A stretch of 60,043 nt of DNA, filler included, from Hausera hauseri (Eukaryota), in NCBI GenBank assembly GCA_046269625.1. It is 10 parts of 10 records of this genome, joined end to end, with 100 filler letters (N's around TTAATTAATTAA, not from the genome) between each part and the next. Parts side by side here need not be neighbours in the genome. Positions count along the whole stretch, not along the records: positions 47,546 to 52,995 come from JBJURY010252958.1; positions 53,096 to 60,043 come from JBJURY010049441.1; 8 more parts are not named here. One strand, written 5' to 3'. The position numbers were made by a program, and so were the translations under genes. Within the stretch, counting starts at the first letter, position 1, and every line of letters begins with the position of its first letter. This document shows, one piece after another, positions 49,610 to 60,043 of this stretch. The notes beneath the pieces are model-generated. The model ran no database searches. It was given only the letters and a program-made list of their open reading frames with translations, and was not told the origin of the DNA.

Positions 49610-49976
49610 ATGAATAACCAACTTCGAACTAACTTGTCTCACAAGGAATTGTCCTTGTTCAAAAGCATACTGAAATGCTACGACCAGAAATAATTTAAAA
49701 ACGGTTTAAAATTAACCAAGCAAATTTTATCAAATCCAAAATTTTCGGAACATGGCGAAACGTTAGCAATGAAAGGACTTATATAAGTTGTATGGGTAAA
49801 CGAGATGAAGCCTATGACCTCGTCAAAAGTGGAAATCGTAATGATATCAATAGTTCAGTTTGTTGGCACGTTTATGAGTTAGTCCAAAAGTTATAGGCAA
49901 TACGCTGAAGCCATGAAATGTTATTTGAGAGCATTGAAAATGGATAAAGATAACACACAGATATTGCGCGATTTGA
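49610..49976 (+). pseudogene. NAA15: NatA auxiliary subunit (NAA15/NAA16) N-terminal TPR fragment
   Basis: [66 protein letters not shown]; stops and frameshifts, no introns. Confidence 0.85.
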
Positions 49977-52900
49977 GGGGAAATTTGGTCACCCTGAAAT
50001 TTGGTTCCCGCCGCGCCGGGCGGAGGTCCGCTGCGTCAACCCCACGCCGGTCGGTCAAACGGCGCCTTTCGCGTCGGTCCCCACCACGCCCCCCGGCGCA
50101 CTACTTCTCTATTTTCCTTTTCCTCAATAATACGCACATTTAGACGCTCACTACACAACATTTACTTATTACAGCCCTTCGTACCTTCATTTCTTTCTTA
50201 ATTAACTCTTCCGAATTTTATCTCACCCATAACCGCGCTAGCATATCTCTCACCGGAACCCTACCATCTTTCTCAAGCCGCATTTGCTCCACATACATCT
50301 TTGTATCCGTGGTGGCATGAACTCTTCGCCAACAATTGACACAACGGATAAAACCACCACAAAACCAAAATCTGTCATATCAGTTCAAAAACCCATTTCT
50401 ACTCCTGTTAACAACCTCCCATCCATGATATCTTCCGCTCCTTTCCCTCACTGCACCGAATTCTTCATTTACAACCAAGGCTCCAGCAAAAATTTGTTGC
50501 AATTTCACCAACTTTGGCTGCAGGCAAATAAAATTACCGAATATTTAACTAAGGCACATAACCTTCTCTACTTACTCCCTAATAACATCAAAACCCGCTT
50601 TCACAACATCATCGAAATCTTTGAACTTCCAGACACATATTCCCAACTCTGCAACGCAGTTCTTAAGATTACAGAACCTTTCATGGACACGATCATACAA
50701 CGTTTCTTCCACGACAACGTTATAGGCACCCAACAGCCATCAGAATTCTTACGTACATCCTTAGCACATCAACATACCCTCGGCGTCACTAAGGAACACA
50801 ACCCAGATCTATTGCGCCACTATTTCCTCAATGCGTTACCTATCCAAATCCGGGCCCTACTTACCGTGGTGGAGGACTCCACGCTGCTTGAGAAATTGGC
50901 CGAACTAGCCGATAGGACACATGACGCCCTACACGTAAATTCTCCACCAGTTATTTCAGCAGCAGTTACCGCTAACGATAATATATCCATAGAACAACAG
51001 CTTAATCGGCTACGTGCTGAAAATATTGCACTGCATGCAACAATCAACAATATCAATAATAAATTAAACGAATTGTCTCTGTCCCGTCGAGGGGGTTTTG
51101 CCACTGACCGTGCCCGTTCTGCGTCTAGAAACCGCTCACCATCACCTGCGCGTTCGTCGATCTCCTATTACCACAGCAGATTTAACATTAATGCCCAGAA
51201 GTGCTGCCTAGGGTGCAAATTCTAAAACAAGAATTTTTCCTCCAACACCGTTGTTTGCATCTACCATGCAAGATTCAAAAACCAAGCTCGTAAATGTATT
51301 CCAGGCTGCATTTTCAAATCATACACGAACGACGGACGTACTGCCTTTCCTTTTAATAGTCGTCCAAATTCACCCTTTCAAAAAAACTAAGTTGGCCGCC
51401 AGAAGTCACGGTAAACTCTGGCGATGGCACTACTTCACTTTCTGAACGCCGACACATCTCTTTTGCTGTCTTTACTCTAAAGACTGCAATCACTGCTCCT
51501 ACAACACAATCTGTTGATTTCCTTATCGATACAGGTGCAGCGATTTCTTTCTTACCACAAACCCTTCCTGTACAAAATTCTCCATGCAAACTTAAGCCCT
51601 TATACATTGCTTCAGGCCAAACGCTGCACATTTTTGGCATGGCCAAATTATCTTTTACTTTACCAAATTTTCCTTCACCTTTCCACTGGACGTTCACAGT
51701 CGCTAACGTCCAGACAACAATTCTAGGAACTGACTTTCTCTCACATTATAATTTACTGGTTGACTGTAATCAGCGATGTTTGAGGAACAGCACCACTGGC
51801 GACATTTCTAGACATGTCAATAGCATTTCGACTACCGCACAGTTGACCGGAATGCGGAAGTCAGTCTTAAAAAAGTCAATGAATAATTTGATTTTTTATA
51901 ACAACAATTCCATTCGTAAATTTTTAAATAATAATATTGATATACGATCGAGGTTCGATGCCGATGATTGTGGTACTGCTGCCAACGTTGGTTTATTCAG
52001 CGAAGTCACCTCATCCAACACAATTTTCAATTCGACCATCTTACACCAAATACCACTTGATTGCACATCACCTAACAACTCACAAATTGCATCCGCTACT
52101 ACTCAAGCCGTTTCACCACTTCCACCAAATCTCTCACAGTTACCTACAACTTTACAACAATTCGTTAACACATCATATCCACGAGTACTTAAAAAAGACC
52201 GTACATTTACTCCCGCCAACAGTACTTTACACCATATAGTTACATAGAACCAACGCCCAATACGCCAAAAGGTACGGCCTCTGTCATCTCGACGTAGACA
52301 GGCCGTAGAAGTCGAATTTCTTGAACTAAAACGTTCCGGAATAGTACACCGTTTCAAATCTCCTTGGTCGTCACCTTTATACGTCGTACAAAAAGGACGG
52401 TACTTTTAGACCATGCTGTGACTACCGACAGCTGAACAACTTGACTATCATGGATGCGTACCCTTTACCACTCATCAAGGATACCTTGTATCGTCGTAAT
52501 TCAACCACCATCTATTCGACCATTGATTTAGCTAAAGCATACCATCAAATACCGGAGGAACCCGAAGACAGTAAAAATTGCTGTAACTACTCCTTTTGGC
52601 CTCTATGAATACCTGTTTATGCCATTCCGTTTGCGGAATGCTGCATAAAATTTTCAGCGACACATTGATTCCATTCTTTCAGATTCCCCGTTTGCAAACC
52701 CTTACATCGATGATATTCTAGTCGTTTCATCTTCTGCAAACAACAGGAGAAACACCTTCGCGCAATATTCCAACGCCTTAACTACCATAATCTCGAAGTC
52801 AATTTTGACAAATGCCATTTCTTCAAAAAGCGCATTAACTTTTAGGCCACGTTATTACACCAGACGGTCATTCTTCCCAATCAGACCAAGTCGAAGCTCT

Positions 52901-52995
52901 TAAAAATATCTAGTTGCTATGTACAACCACTGAAATGCGCAGCTTCTTTGGTACACTATACTTTGTACATAAATACGTACCATATTGCTCCGAAC
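49977..52995 (+). mobile_element. Ty3/gypsy (CsRn1-like) PBS-gag-PR-RT, same family as 13440-16431
   Basis: PBS-like tggtcaccc (tRNA-Trp-like); gag 50284-51225; two CHCC knuckles; LIDTGA; PYIDD. Confidence 0.92.
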
Positions 52996-53095
52996 NNNNN
53001 NNNNNNNNNNNNNNNNNNNNNNNNNNNNNNNNNNNNNNNTTAATTAATTAANNNNNNNNNNNNNNNNNNNNNNNNNNNNNNNNNNNNNNNNNNNN

Positions 53096-53172
53096 ACTAC
53101 TACTTCTGCCAAAGTCTCGGCCTTTTGGTCTATTAACGCTATAAGCTCGATGAAATGAGTCATTCTGTCTAC
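53096..53172 (+). repeat. 77-bp exact terminal direct repeat (= 59967-60043)
   Basis: actactacttctgcc...cattctgtctac identical at both contig ends. Confidence 0.97.
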
Positions 53173-53279
53173 ACAGGTCAAAAGGTATTTGTTGTTTTTG
53201 TGAGGCAATGGTCCTACAATATCCATGGACATTGCCTGCATTGGTCTATCCGGCACATTGATGGGTTTAAGTTCGGTGA

Positions 53280-55132
53280 CTTTCCCTTAGTCATTAGTGA
53301 TCTCAAACGATCCTTACGTTTCCGTCTCAATGACGGGCTGCGGCCTGTACTCTTTGTAATCTTAAGTATTAGTGGTTCCATAAATTCCTTTTCTTCGTCG
53401 GTCTCCACCTTTTGGCTTACCTTTTTCGCCATATACTCTGGTTCTGCGACTAAATATACTTCGTCCGGAGTCTCAGGTTTTCCTGTTTCGTCTAACTCTT
53501 TCTTTATCGTAGAAATATTCTTATTCCGTGCCATATCAATAAGCCTTCGCGGGTCAATGGAACGTTCATATTCAGTTTTCGGTTCACGCGGGCCATGGTA
53601 AATTTCTAACAATGGTAATTTATGCTCGTACGCGTTTCTGGCCACTAAGACTTTAGGGTCTTTAGTGTTAGGTGGGGCCTTTAAGAAACGACGTAAGTAT
53701 TGTATCTCAATGATCATACCTGTGCCTTTACGGACACCGTAAATTACTTCTAAGTTTTTGTTTTTAATTACATTAGTTTTACTAGGTTCCACAAACGAAA
53801 TACTTCGTGGATTTGGACAGGATCTCGCTATGTGTCCTTCTTGTCCACATGAGTAACAAATTAAGTTGCAATTTCGCCGACTTTTGTTGACCGTCTTCAT
53901 TAACCGGGGATTTCGATCTACTCGGATTCCTATTGCAATTCTGATGTTGCGGGGCTTGTCTGGGATCACCATACTGGCAGTTATCATAACTTCGGCAGTA
54001 ATTCTGTCGATTTCCTTTGTTAAAATCTCTGGAACTATCTAGGCGTCTATCCGGATCGTGGTTTAGTTTACTAAATGAACTATTACGGCTACTATCAAAA
54101 TTCCGATTATCATATAGACTACCTTTGTGATAATGGTTATTGTTCTTATTACGGTCCCCATAATTCTTGTTAAATCGCCTATCATTTTTATTATTCCGAT
54201 TTCTATCGCTTCGATCACTTTGATCATTATTTCGATCATTTCTGTCGTTGTTTCTGGTATATCTGTCCAATGTCATTTCTAAGTCCTGAGCTAATTTCAA
54301 TGTTTTATCAAAGTTCTCCGGGAGCACTAGAATCAATTGCTTTACTATGTCTCTAGACCAAATACCATTTATTAACTGCGTCATCATCATGATGCCTAAA
54401 TCTGGAGGACTTGCCTTTTCTGCGGCTTTGCATTTTGCTTCGTTTTTAGCCTTGGCTATGTTTGCTATCCTTGAGGTGCTTACGTAACTGTTTCCCAATT
54501 TCTTTAAGGCAAACACCAATTGGGTTATTGATTTACCGTTCTGTTGTACTCTATTCTAAAAAGCCATGAGTTTTTGTTGAGGAGTTACAGTCGGCAGTAG
54601 TTTTCGGTTCAGGGCTACCACCAGGGAGGACTAGGTTTTCTTTTCGTCGTCAGTGAGCTCGCTATAGGCATCATCGGCCAAATTCTTTAAATATAGTGAC
54701 AGACTCTTAATCATTACGTTAGATGCAAGTCCGGCACCTTCTGCGTGCAGCTTATAAATTCTCAGGAATTCATTGAGTCCGTCTGTGTCTCCGTCGTACG
54801 CCGGCAGATTTAGAGAGTCAAATGTAAAAATGTCCGGTTTCTGCGCTACTGCTTGACTTTCAATCATGTTTTCAACGTTTATCAGATTTTGCTTAATTAT
54901 CTTACGGGTTCTAATTCTTTTATCAGGAACTTTAAATTTAATAGACTGTTTAGCAGCGTTTAAGTCTATGGGTTCAGTATTAGCTAAGTTTGTTTCCGAT
55001 AAGGTGCGTCTACTCAACGTCTTACCTTGTCTGTATACTTTATTGCGTGTTTGGCGAAGATTAATATCCTCCTTACCGTTTAAGATAGAATTTAAACTAT
55101 CGTCCGAATTGTGTCTATCAATATTCGTTCAT
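53280..55132 (-). pseudogene. gag: gag with capsid-like region, N/R/D-rich linker, CCHC knuckle and ~180-aa downstream extension
   Basis: LPAYDGD..EFL..YLKNLADDAY; CYSCGQEGHIARSC. Confidence 0.82.
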
Positions 55133-55389
55133 GCTTTATTCAATTTTTCCGTTAGTTAAGGAATAATCAATAACTCTCCTTCCCAATAAACTATTTTTAT
55201 ATTTGCAAATTTACTGAAGATTCAGTGGTTAATAATAATAAATTTTCATTATTAATTTCTAATACTAATATTTATTTTCAGTTTCACTTTCAGTTTTGTT
55301 TTCCAGCTTCACTTTCTGTTTCATTTTTCAGTTTCGTTTTGATTTAGTTAAGTACAATTTTATTTTACTGCCATTTTACTACATTTCTC

Positions 55390-57800
55390 CCTGAACTGCA
55401 CTCTTGGATGTGCCAATTTCGTCAGAAGAGGTGCCGCATAATCTGTTCAATCGTCCGCGCAAGTTCGCTTCCGAATCCGATTCATCTTGCGGCGATGGCG
55501 GGTCAAAGTGGTAGGACGTAGTGCGTTTTGGGGGCAATATCTCCACTATTTTTTATTTTATCCATTGGCGTAGTATCTCAGTCTTGTAGCCTCAGCTCTA
55601 CATACAGTGCAGGTCGTCTTCCCATTTTTCAGGGTTTACGTTTCTAAACAGTACCGGCAGTACTTGTGGGTACAGTCTTCATTATCCAACACCACGAATC
55701 CTTGGTATAGACTGGCATCACAAACATGGCACTCTTCTTTTTCTCTTCCATCTATGTCTACAAGGTTCTCGTCAACTTCTATTCGTTTAAATAGTAATCC
55801 ATTTTTATCTTGATATAGGTACCCATATAGTCTTTTTTGTTTTGGATCGATGGAGCTTTCTTGGGGTCATCTGATACGGTGACTAACGTCCATTCAACGA
55901 TTTCTTGTTGGTCTAAGTCTAGTATTCCAATCTTCTTATATTGCCTTTTTAATTGTATTTGAACTTGGGTATCTACCAGAATGGTTAATCTATTGGTACC
56001 GTTTTTTGACTGGAATATTGGGGGTAAGTATTTGTCAAAGGTTATGTCCTCCCGAGCGTATCCATTCCCACTTACGATTCTCCTAGGAACAGTGGATACG
56101 TAGAATATGGCTTCCTTGATCTTGCCTTTTCTGTAATATTTGGCCATGACGAGCATTCTGGTATACTCCTTTACTTGCCCAAATTTTGTGACTTTGATAT
56201 TTTCATCCTTTTCCCAATTCTTCCAAAGAACTTTCATTTCCGTTTTACGGGACTTTGTATCGGCAGTTCTCATCTTGATCTCGTCGGGATTTTCGGCTTT
56301 TTGTCTTTTGGGTTTTTCGCTATGCTCATTTATTCGTTTGTTTGGCGTAGAGCTATTAGCAGGTGACTTGTTTTTTTCCACTTGGTTCTTACTAGTTTTG
56401 CTCTTTTTCTTGCTAATATACTCTAAGAAGGAAGTTTTAGTCTTTTGTCCTCTCAAAGTTTTGGGGTTACTTGAATTTTTTTCAATTTCTTCTCGGGCTC
56501 GGCTGGTCAACGGTACCTGTTGGCTGTTGGGCATTTCCACGGAACTATTATGAACGGTTACTCGGAATCGGTTGTGTTATTGGGGTTCGATTTGTCTAGG
56601 AGGTGGGTGTTCGTTAAACCCTTTTCGAAATTTTTGTATCAAGATCTTTGGGTTGTGGCCGGACATCACATTCTGTATGGAGTTCCTGGGTTTCCACTCA
56701 TGTTCCCATCTCAACGAGGCGTAAATATTCTTTATAAGCTTCGTACGCGGACTCGCTGACATTAGTTTAGGAAATTTAAATCGTTCGCCATTCATGGCTT
56801 CTAACATCATTTTGAAATGTGATTCACGTGATGCTGTCGGAAGTAGTCACCCTCTTTTCTTCATCAAAACGGTTTCTACTCGACTTGCAACCGTTGGATT
56901 CCGATTCAGTTCGCGAATTTCGGCTATATACTCTTGTCTAATTCCCAGTCGTTCCAACATTTCGTGCACTCGGAATCCGGTTGCAATACATCCACATAAG
57001 AAATGGCTTATATCTTCCTGTATTTCGAAGAAATCTTCCCCTGCTTCGAGTTGTACTTTCGTAATTCCGGTAACATCGGCAAAGGTGTCCTTCACCCTAG
57101 TTCTCGGTGCAATTATTTTGTTTATAATTTCTTCCCAGTTTGTATTTCGAATATCGACTTCAATCGGCGCATACCATCCATCATCCTTTTCTCCATAGTT
57201 CACGGCTAAAATTGTAGTATTGCAGCCGTCTGGAATTAATTTATAAGATTCGCCATTTTGTTCTATTTCATCTTCTGAAGGCTTTTGCATGCACATTAGT
57301 GGTGGTAGCGGACTCATTAATTCTGTCCGCCAGGTCATTTCGAACATGAGTATGGTTGGGAGTTCTGCGATTCTGAATTCCAAAGCATAGTTCATGAGAC
57401 TATGGCAACATAACTCATAAGTGCTAAATTTCCATTGTTGTTCGTTTTGTGTGCTCCAGGATTGTCCTACGATTCTGTATTGGATTTCTCCATCAGCTAC
57501 ATGTACGTACAATTACTGATGAGTTGGTTCATATGGAATCATATCTCTCAACAGGTATGCTCGTGCGTCTCTGGGGCTTCGCACTGCGTATAGCCGAATC
57601 AGTCGATTGTCCTCTAAACCCCATTTCAACCAATTTGGTATTTTACTTTCCTGACCGATTTCGACATAAGTTTTGTTTTTCAGATTCCCTCCAATTTGAC
57701 GATAATGGTTTGAGGACTGTTACATGCTGTTGCAGGAAGTTGTCGATGTCATGTTCGGAGCTGGTTGCTGAATTCTTTGCCTTTTTGGTCATATTTACTC
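55390..57800 (-). pseudogene. accessory ORF-B, copy 3 (pseudo-exonuclease, basic linker, domain X, C3HC4 RING)
   Basis: ORFs starting at 57512, 56810 and 56540 share one frame; ILAVNYG..PIEVDI..IIAP..VTGIT; CHVC..CTHKYCRYC..CTVC. Confidence 0.75.
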
Positions 57801-57897
57801 TGCTGAAATAAAAATAAAGGTCAATGCTAAGACAGATCATCCTTTTGAAACAAAACATTTTCTCTGTCTGATGATAGGATAACCTGGTCTGTAATTG

Positions 57898-59237
57898 TCA
57901 ACTTATGCTATCATAAAGTTCTTCTCGGCACCCTTTTACCCGTTTATCTCTCTGTCGATTTTTACTGCGTTTATTACAATTTTTGGAAAATAGAAAAATC
58001 ATCGCCGTTAATATGACAAGAACAAAAATTGACAAACTTAACATATCTATCATCGGTAATTTGTTTGGTTCAATAGAACCTTTTGTGGTAAACGCATTTT
58101 GAGTACTAAGATCTTTATAGTGCATTACATCAATTTGCTGTCAAGAGTTCGTACCGTAAAAGTTTTAGGGTTTTACCCTTCGCGGTGATTAGGATTACAT
58201 AGTTATGCTGCGGTCGTAATGATGGCATTCAGTTTCCTGACTATTCTTTCTTAGGATTATGATTCGGTTGGTGTGCAGGATGCGACATTCAATTTTAACG
58301 TCTTGATTTAACGTTCCTTCAGCGTAAAATAGGATTTTATCACTTTTTGCTAAAGTCTTAATCAGTATGCTCCCTAGTTTCTTTTAGGGTATTTCATCTG
58401 AAGTGACGATCGCAGTAGTGAGAGTTGTACTTGGAATAGAGGACGTATTCCTCGTAGTGGTTGGAAACGGACGCTTCCATATTCCGGTTTTTGGGCGGTA
58501 TCCTCGTAAGTAAGTACTCGGTTCTTTAGGGTAAGTATTGTAGAGATCAAACTGTAACTGGTAGTTGTGTTCTAGCTGCAATCTACAACATACAGTAGGC
58601 TGTCTTCGTGCGAGATAACAATACTCCTAAATAGGGACCGAGGCGTTCAGTGGTATAAATCGGACAGAAATATGTCTGTCTCCTGACAGTTCTATTTTGG
58701 TCTCAATTCGGGTACATTAATTCTTTAAGTCCTTGAAAATCCCAATAATTTTATAATCTAAGAGCCTTTTAAATGGATCAGTACATTGGATTATCTCATC
58801 CATCTTGGCTTGATTCGTGTCATTTCCTTGAGGCGTCCTTATTAAAAGTTCAGTAATTATATAGGCTTGGGCTCCGGGTTGATTATAATAGAATATTTGA
58901 AATCTGTATCGGTATGTTTGTCCGAAATCCAAACTACAACACTTCCTATGAGCTCCGTACGGAAAGTCGCAAGTTTTCATCGTGTACCTAGTCACGAATA
59001 TAATTTGAAATTTTACCTGATTCTGAATAGGTTTACTTGCTTCAAACCACGCACATGGTTTGCTCAAATCCATATCATATACTCTAAGTGACTGTAACTT
59101 TTGAATATCCTTTAGTCTTTTGCATATTGTAGTTTTTCGGTTAGGGTTATCGACCTTGTCTTTGGTATATACGAGGGGATTAACGATAAGGCGAGTACTA
59201 TTTGTACATACGATATTGGTCTAGTCACTATAGACAT
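57898..59237 (-). pseudogene. accessory membrane protein ORF-A, copy 3
   Basis: MSIVTRPISYVQIVLALSLIP; C..CC repeats; TM MLSLSIFVLVILTAMIFLF. Confidence 0.72.
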
Positions 59238-59264
59238 CGTTTTCTTTTCTTTATTCGTATAATT

Positions 59265-60043
59265 CTATTTTACTTTGCTCGAACGCAAACTGTAGCGTTT
59301 GTTTGGTCTTATTTCCGTTTTAACTACTCTTTGAATTGATATGACCTCCTCCTTGCCGTTTTTATTTATATAAACTGTGGTTGGTGTAGTTTTGATAACT
59401 TCATAAGGTCCTCTGCCTGTCCTGGTAAGTTTAAGAGATGTGCCTTTCTTTGCCAGTTTCCTGGCTCTAGATCGTGTGGTCTCGCCTTCTTGTTGCATTT
59501 CCTCTTCAATTGTTCCTGACATTCTATAGATAATTCCTTGGCTATTTCCCAACACTTGTGTAATCTGGATTGCAATACTTCGACAAAATTTTGCTCTAAG
59601 TCTTCCGTTCTTGTTGTATATGAGATCAGTCCTAAATCTGTGGGCAGTACAGTTTCTCTACCTTAAATCATGAAAAATGGAGTGAATCCCGTCGCAGGAT
59701 GTGGTGTAGTATTAATGGCAAAATGTGTGCCTTCTAAAAACTCGTCCCAATCTTTCTGGTCTTTTCCAACTACTGTTGATAAGATTCGTGTAATTGTCGC
59801 GTTCATCCGTTCAACCATCCCATTACATTGTAGATGATAAACTGTGGTAGTTAATCGTTCAATTTCAAAAATTTTGATAATTTTTTTGAACAATTCTCTC
59901 GTAAGGTTTCTTCCTCGGTGTGTCAAAATTTGTTCAGGTGGTCCGTATCTGCAAATAATTTTCCGAACTACTACTTCTGCCAAAGTCTCGGCCTTTTGGT
60001 CTATTAACGCTATAAGCTCGATGAAATGAGTCATTCTGTCTAC
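59265..60043 (-). pseudogene. gypsy integrase core and GPY domain, copy 3
   Basis: Near-identical peptide blocks to 17760-18600 (CNGMVER, FAINTTPHP, RGPYEV). Confidence 0.9.

Larger units (their letters stand above)
53096..60043 (-). mobile_element. complex Ty3/gypsy element, copy 3: non-autonomous, circularly permuted (IN, ORF-A, ORF-B/RING, LTR remnant, gag, joined back to IN)
   Basis: Colinear homology with copy 1; gag joined directly to IN core at ~53277; identical 77-nt ends. Confidence 0.88.

Noticed and set aside
4344-53095. Recurrent TTAATTAATTAA motif as a biological repeat or CRISPR-like array
   Set aside because: Always embedded in N44 runs; it is a synthetic six-frame-stop contig linker.
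16432-60043. Physical clustering of the three complex gypsy copies, the SOCS gene and ZNFX1 as one defence or conflict locus
   Set aside because: They are on different contigs joined artificially; no linkage can be inferred.

Overview
AT-rich eukaryotic (invertebrate-like) repeat-rich DNA. It is not one locus: ten 4-8 kb contigs are joined by artificial 100-nt N44-TTAATTAATTAA-N44 linkers, so adjacency across linkers has no biological meaning. Most of it is decayed transposons: mariner, Tc1-like, pogo, piggyBac, an RTE-type LINE, CsRn1-type Ty3/gypsy elements, a solo LTR and a Polinton-type polB fragment. It also holds one apparently intact two-exon SOCS-box gene in a probable tandem array and ZNFX1/NAA15 pseudogene fragments. 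The standout is an unusual 'complex' Ty3/gypsy lineage present as three diverged copies on separate contigs (17.4-23.0 kb +, 39.6-46.7 kb +, 53.1-60.0 kb -). In the best-preserved copy, a chuvirus-glycoprotein-like C-terminus lies upstream of, and in frame with, PR-RT-RNaseH-IN. Integrase continues in frame into a second type-I membrane protein. A conserved splice-acceptor-like motif then precedes an accessory ORF carrying a DEDDh exonuclease-like domain with substituted catalytic residues, followed in two copies by an unknown domain and a RING finger. The third copy lacks env/PR/RT/RNaseH and sits on a contig with an exact 77-nt terminal overlap (a circle or head-to-tail tandem unit). All family assignments come from motif recognition by eye, not database searches.
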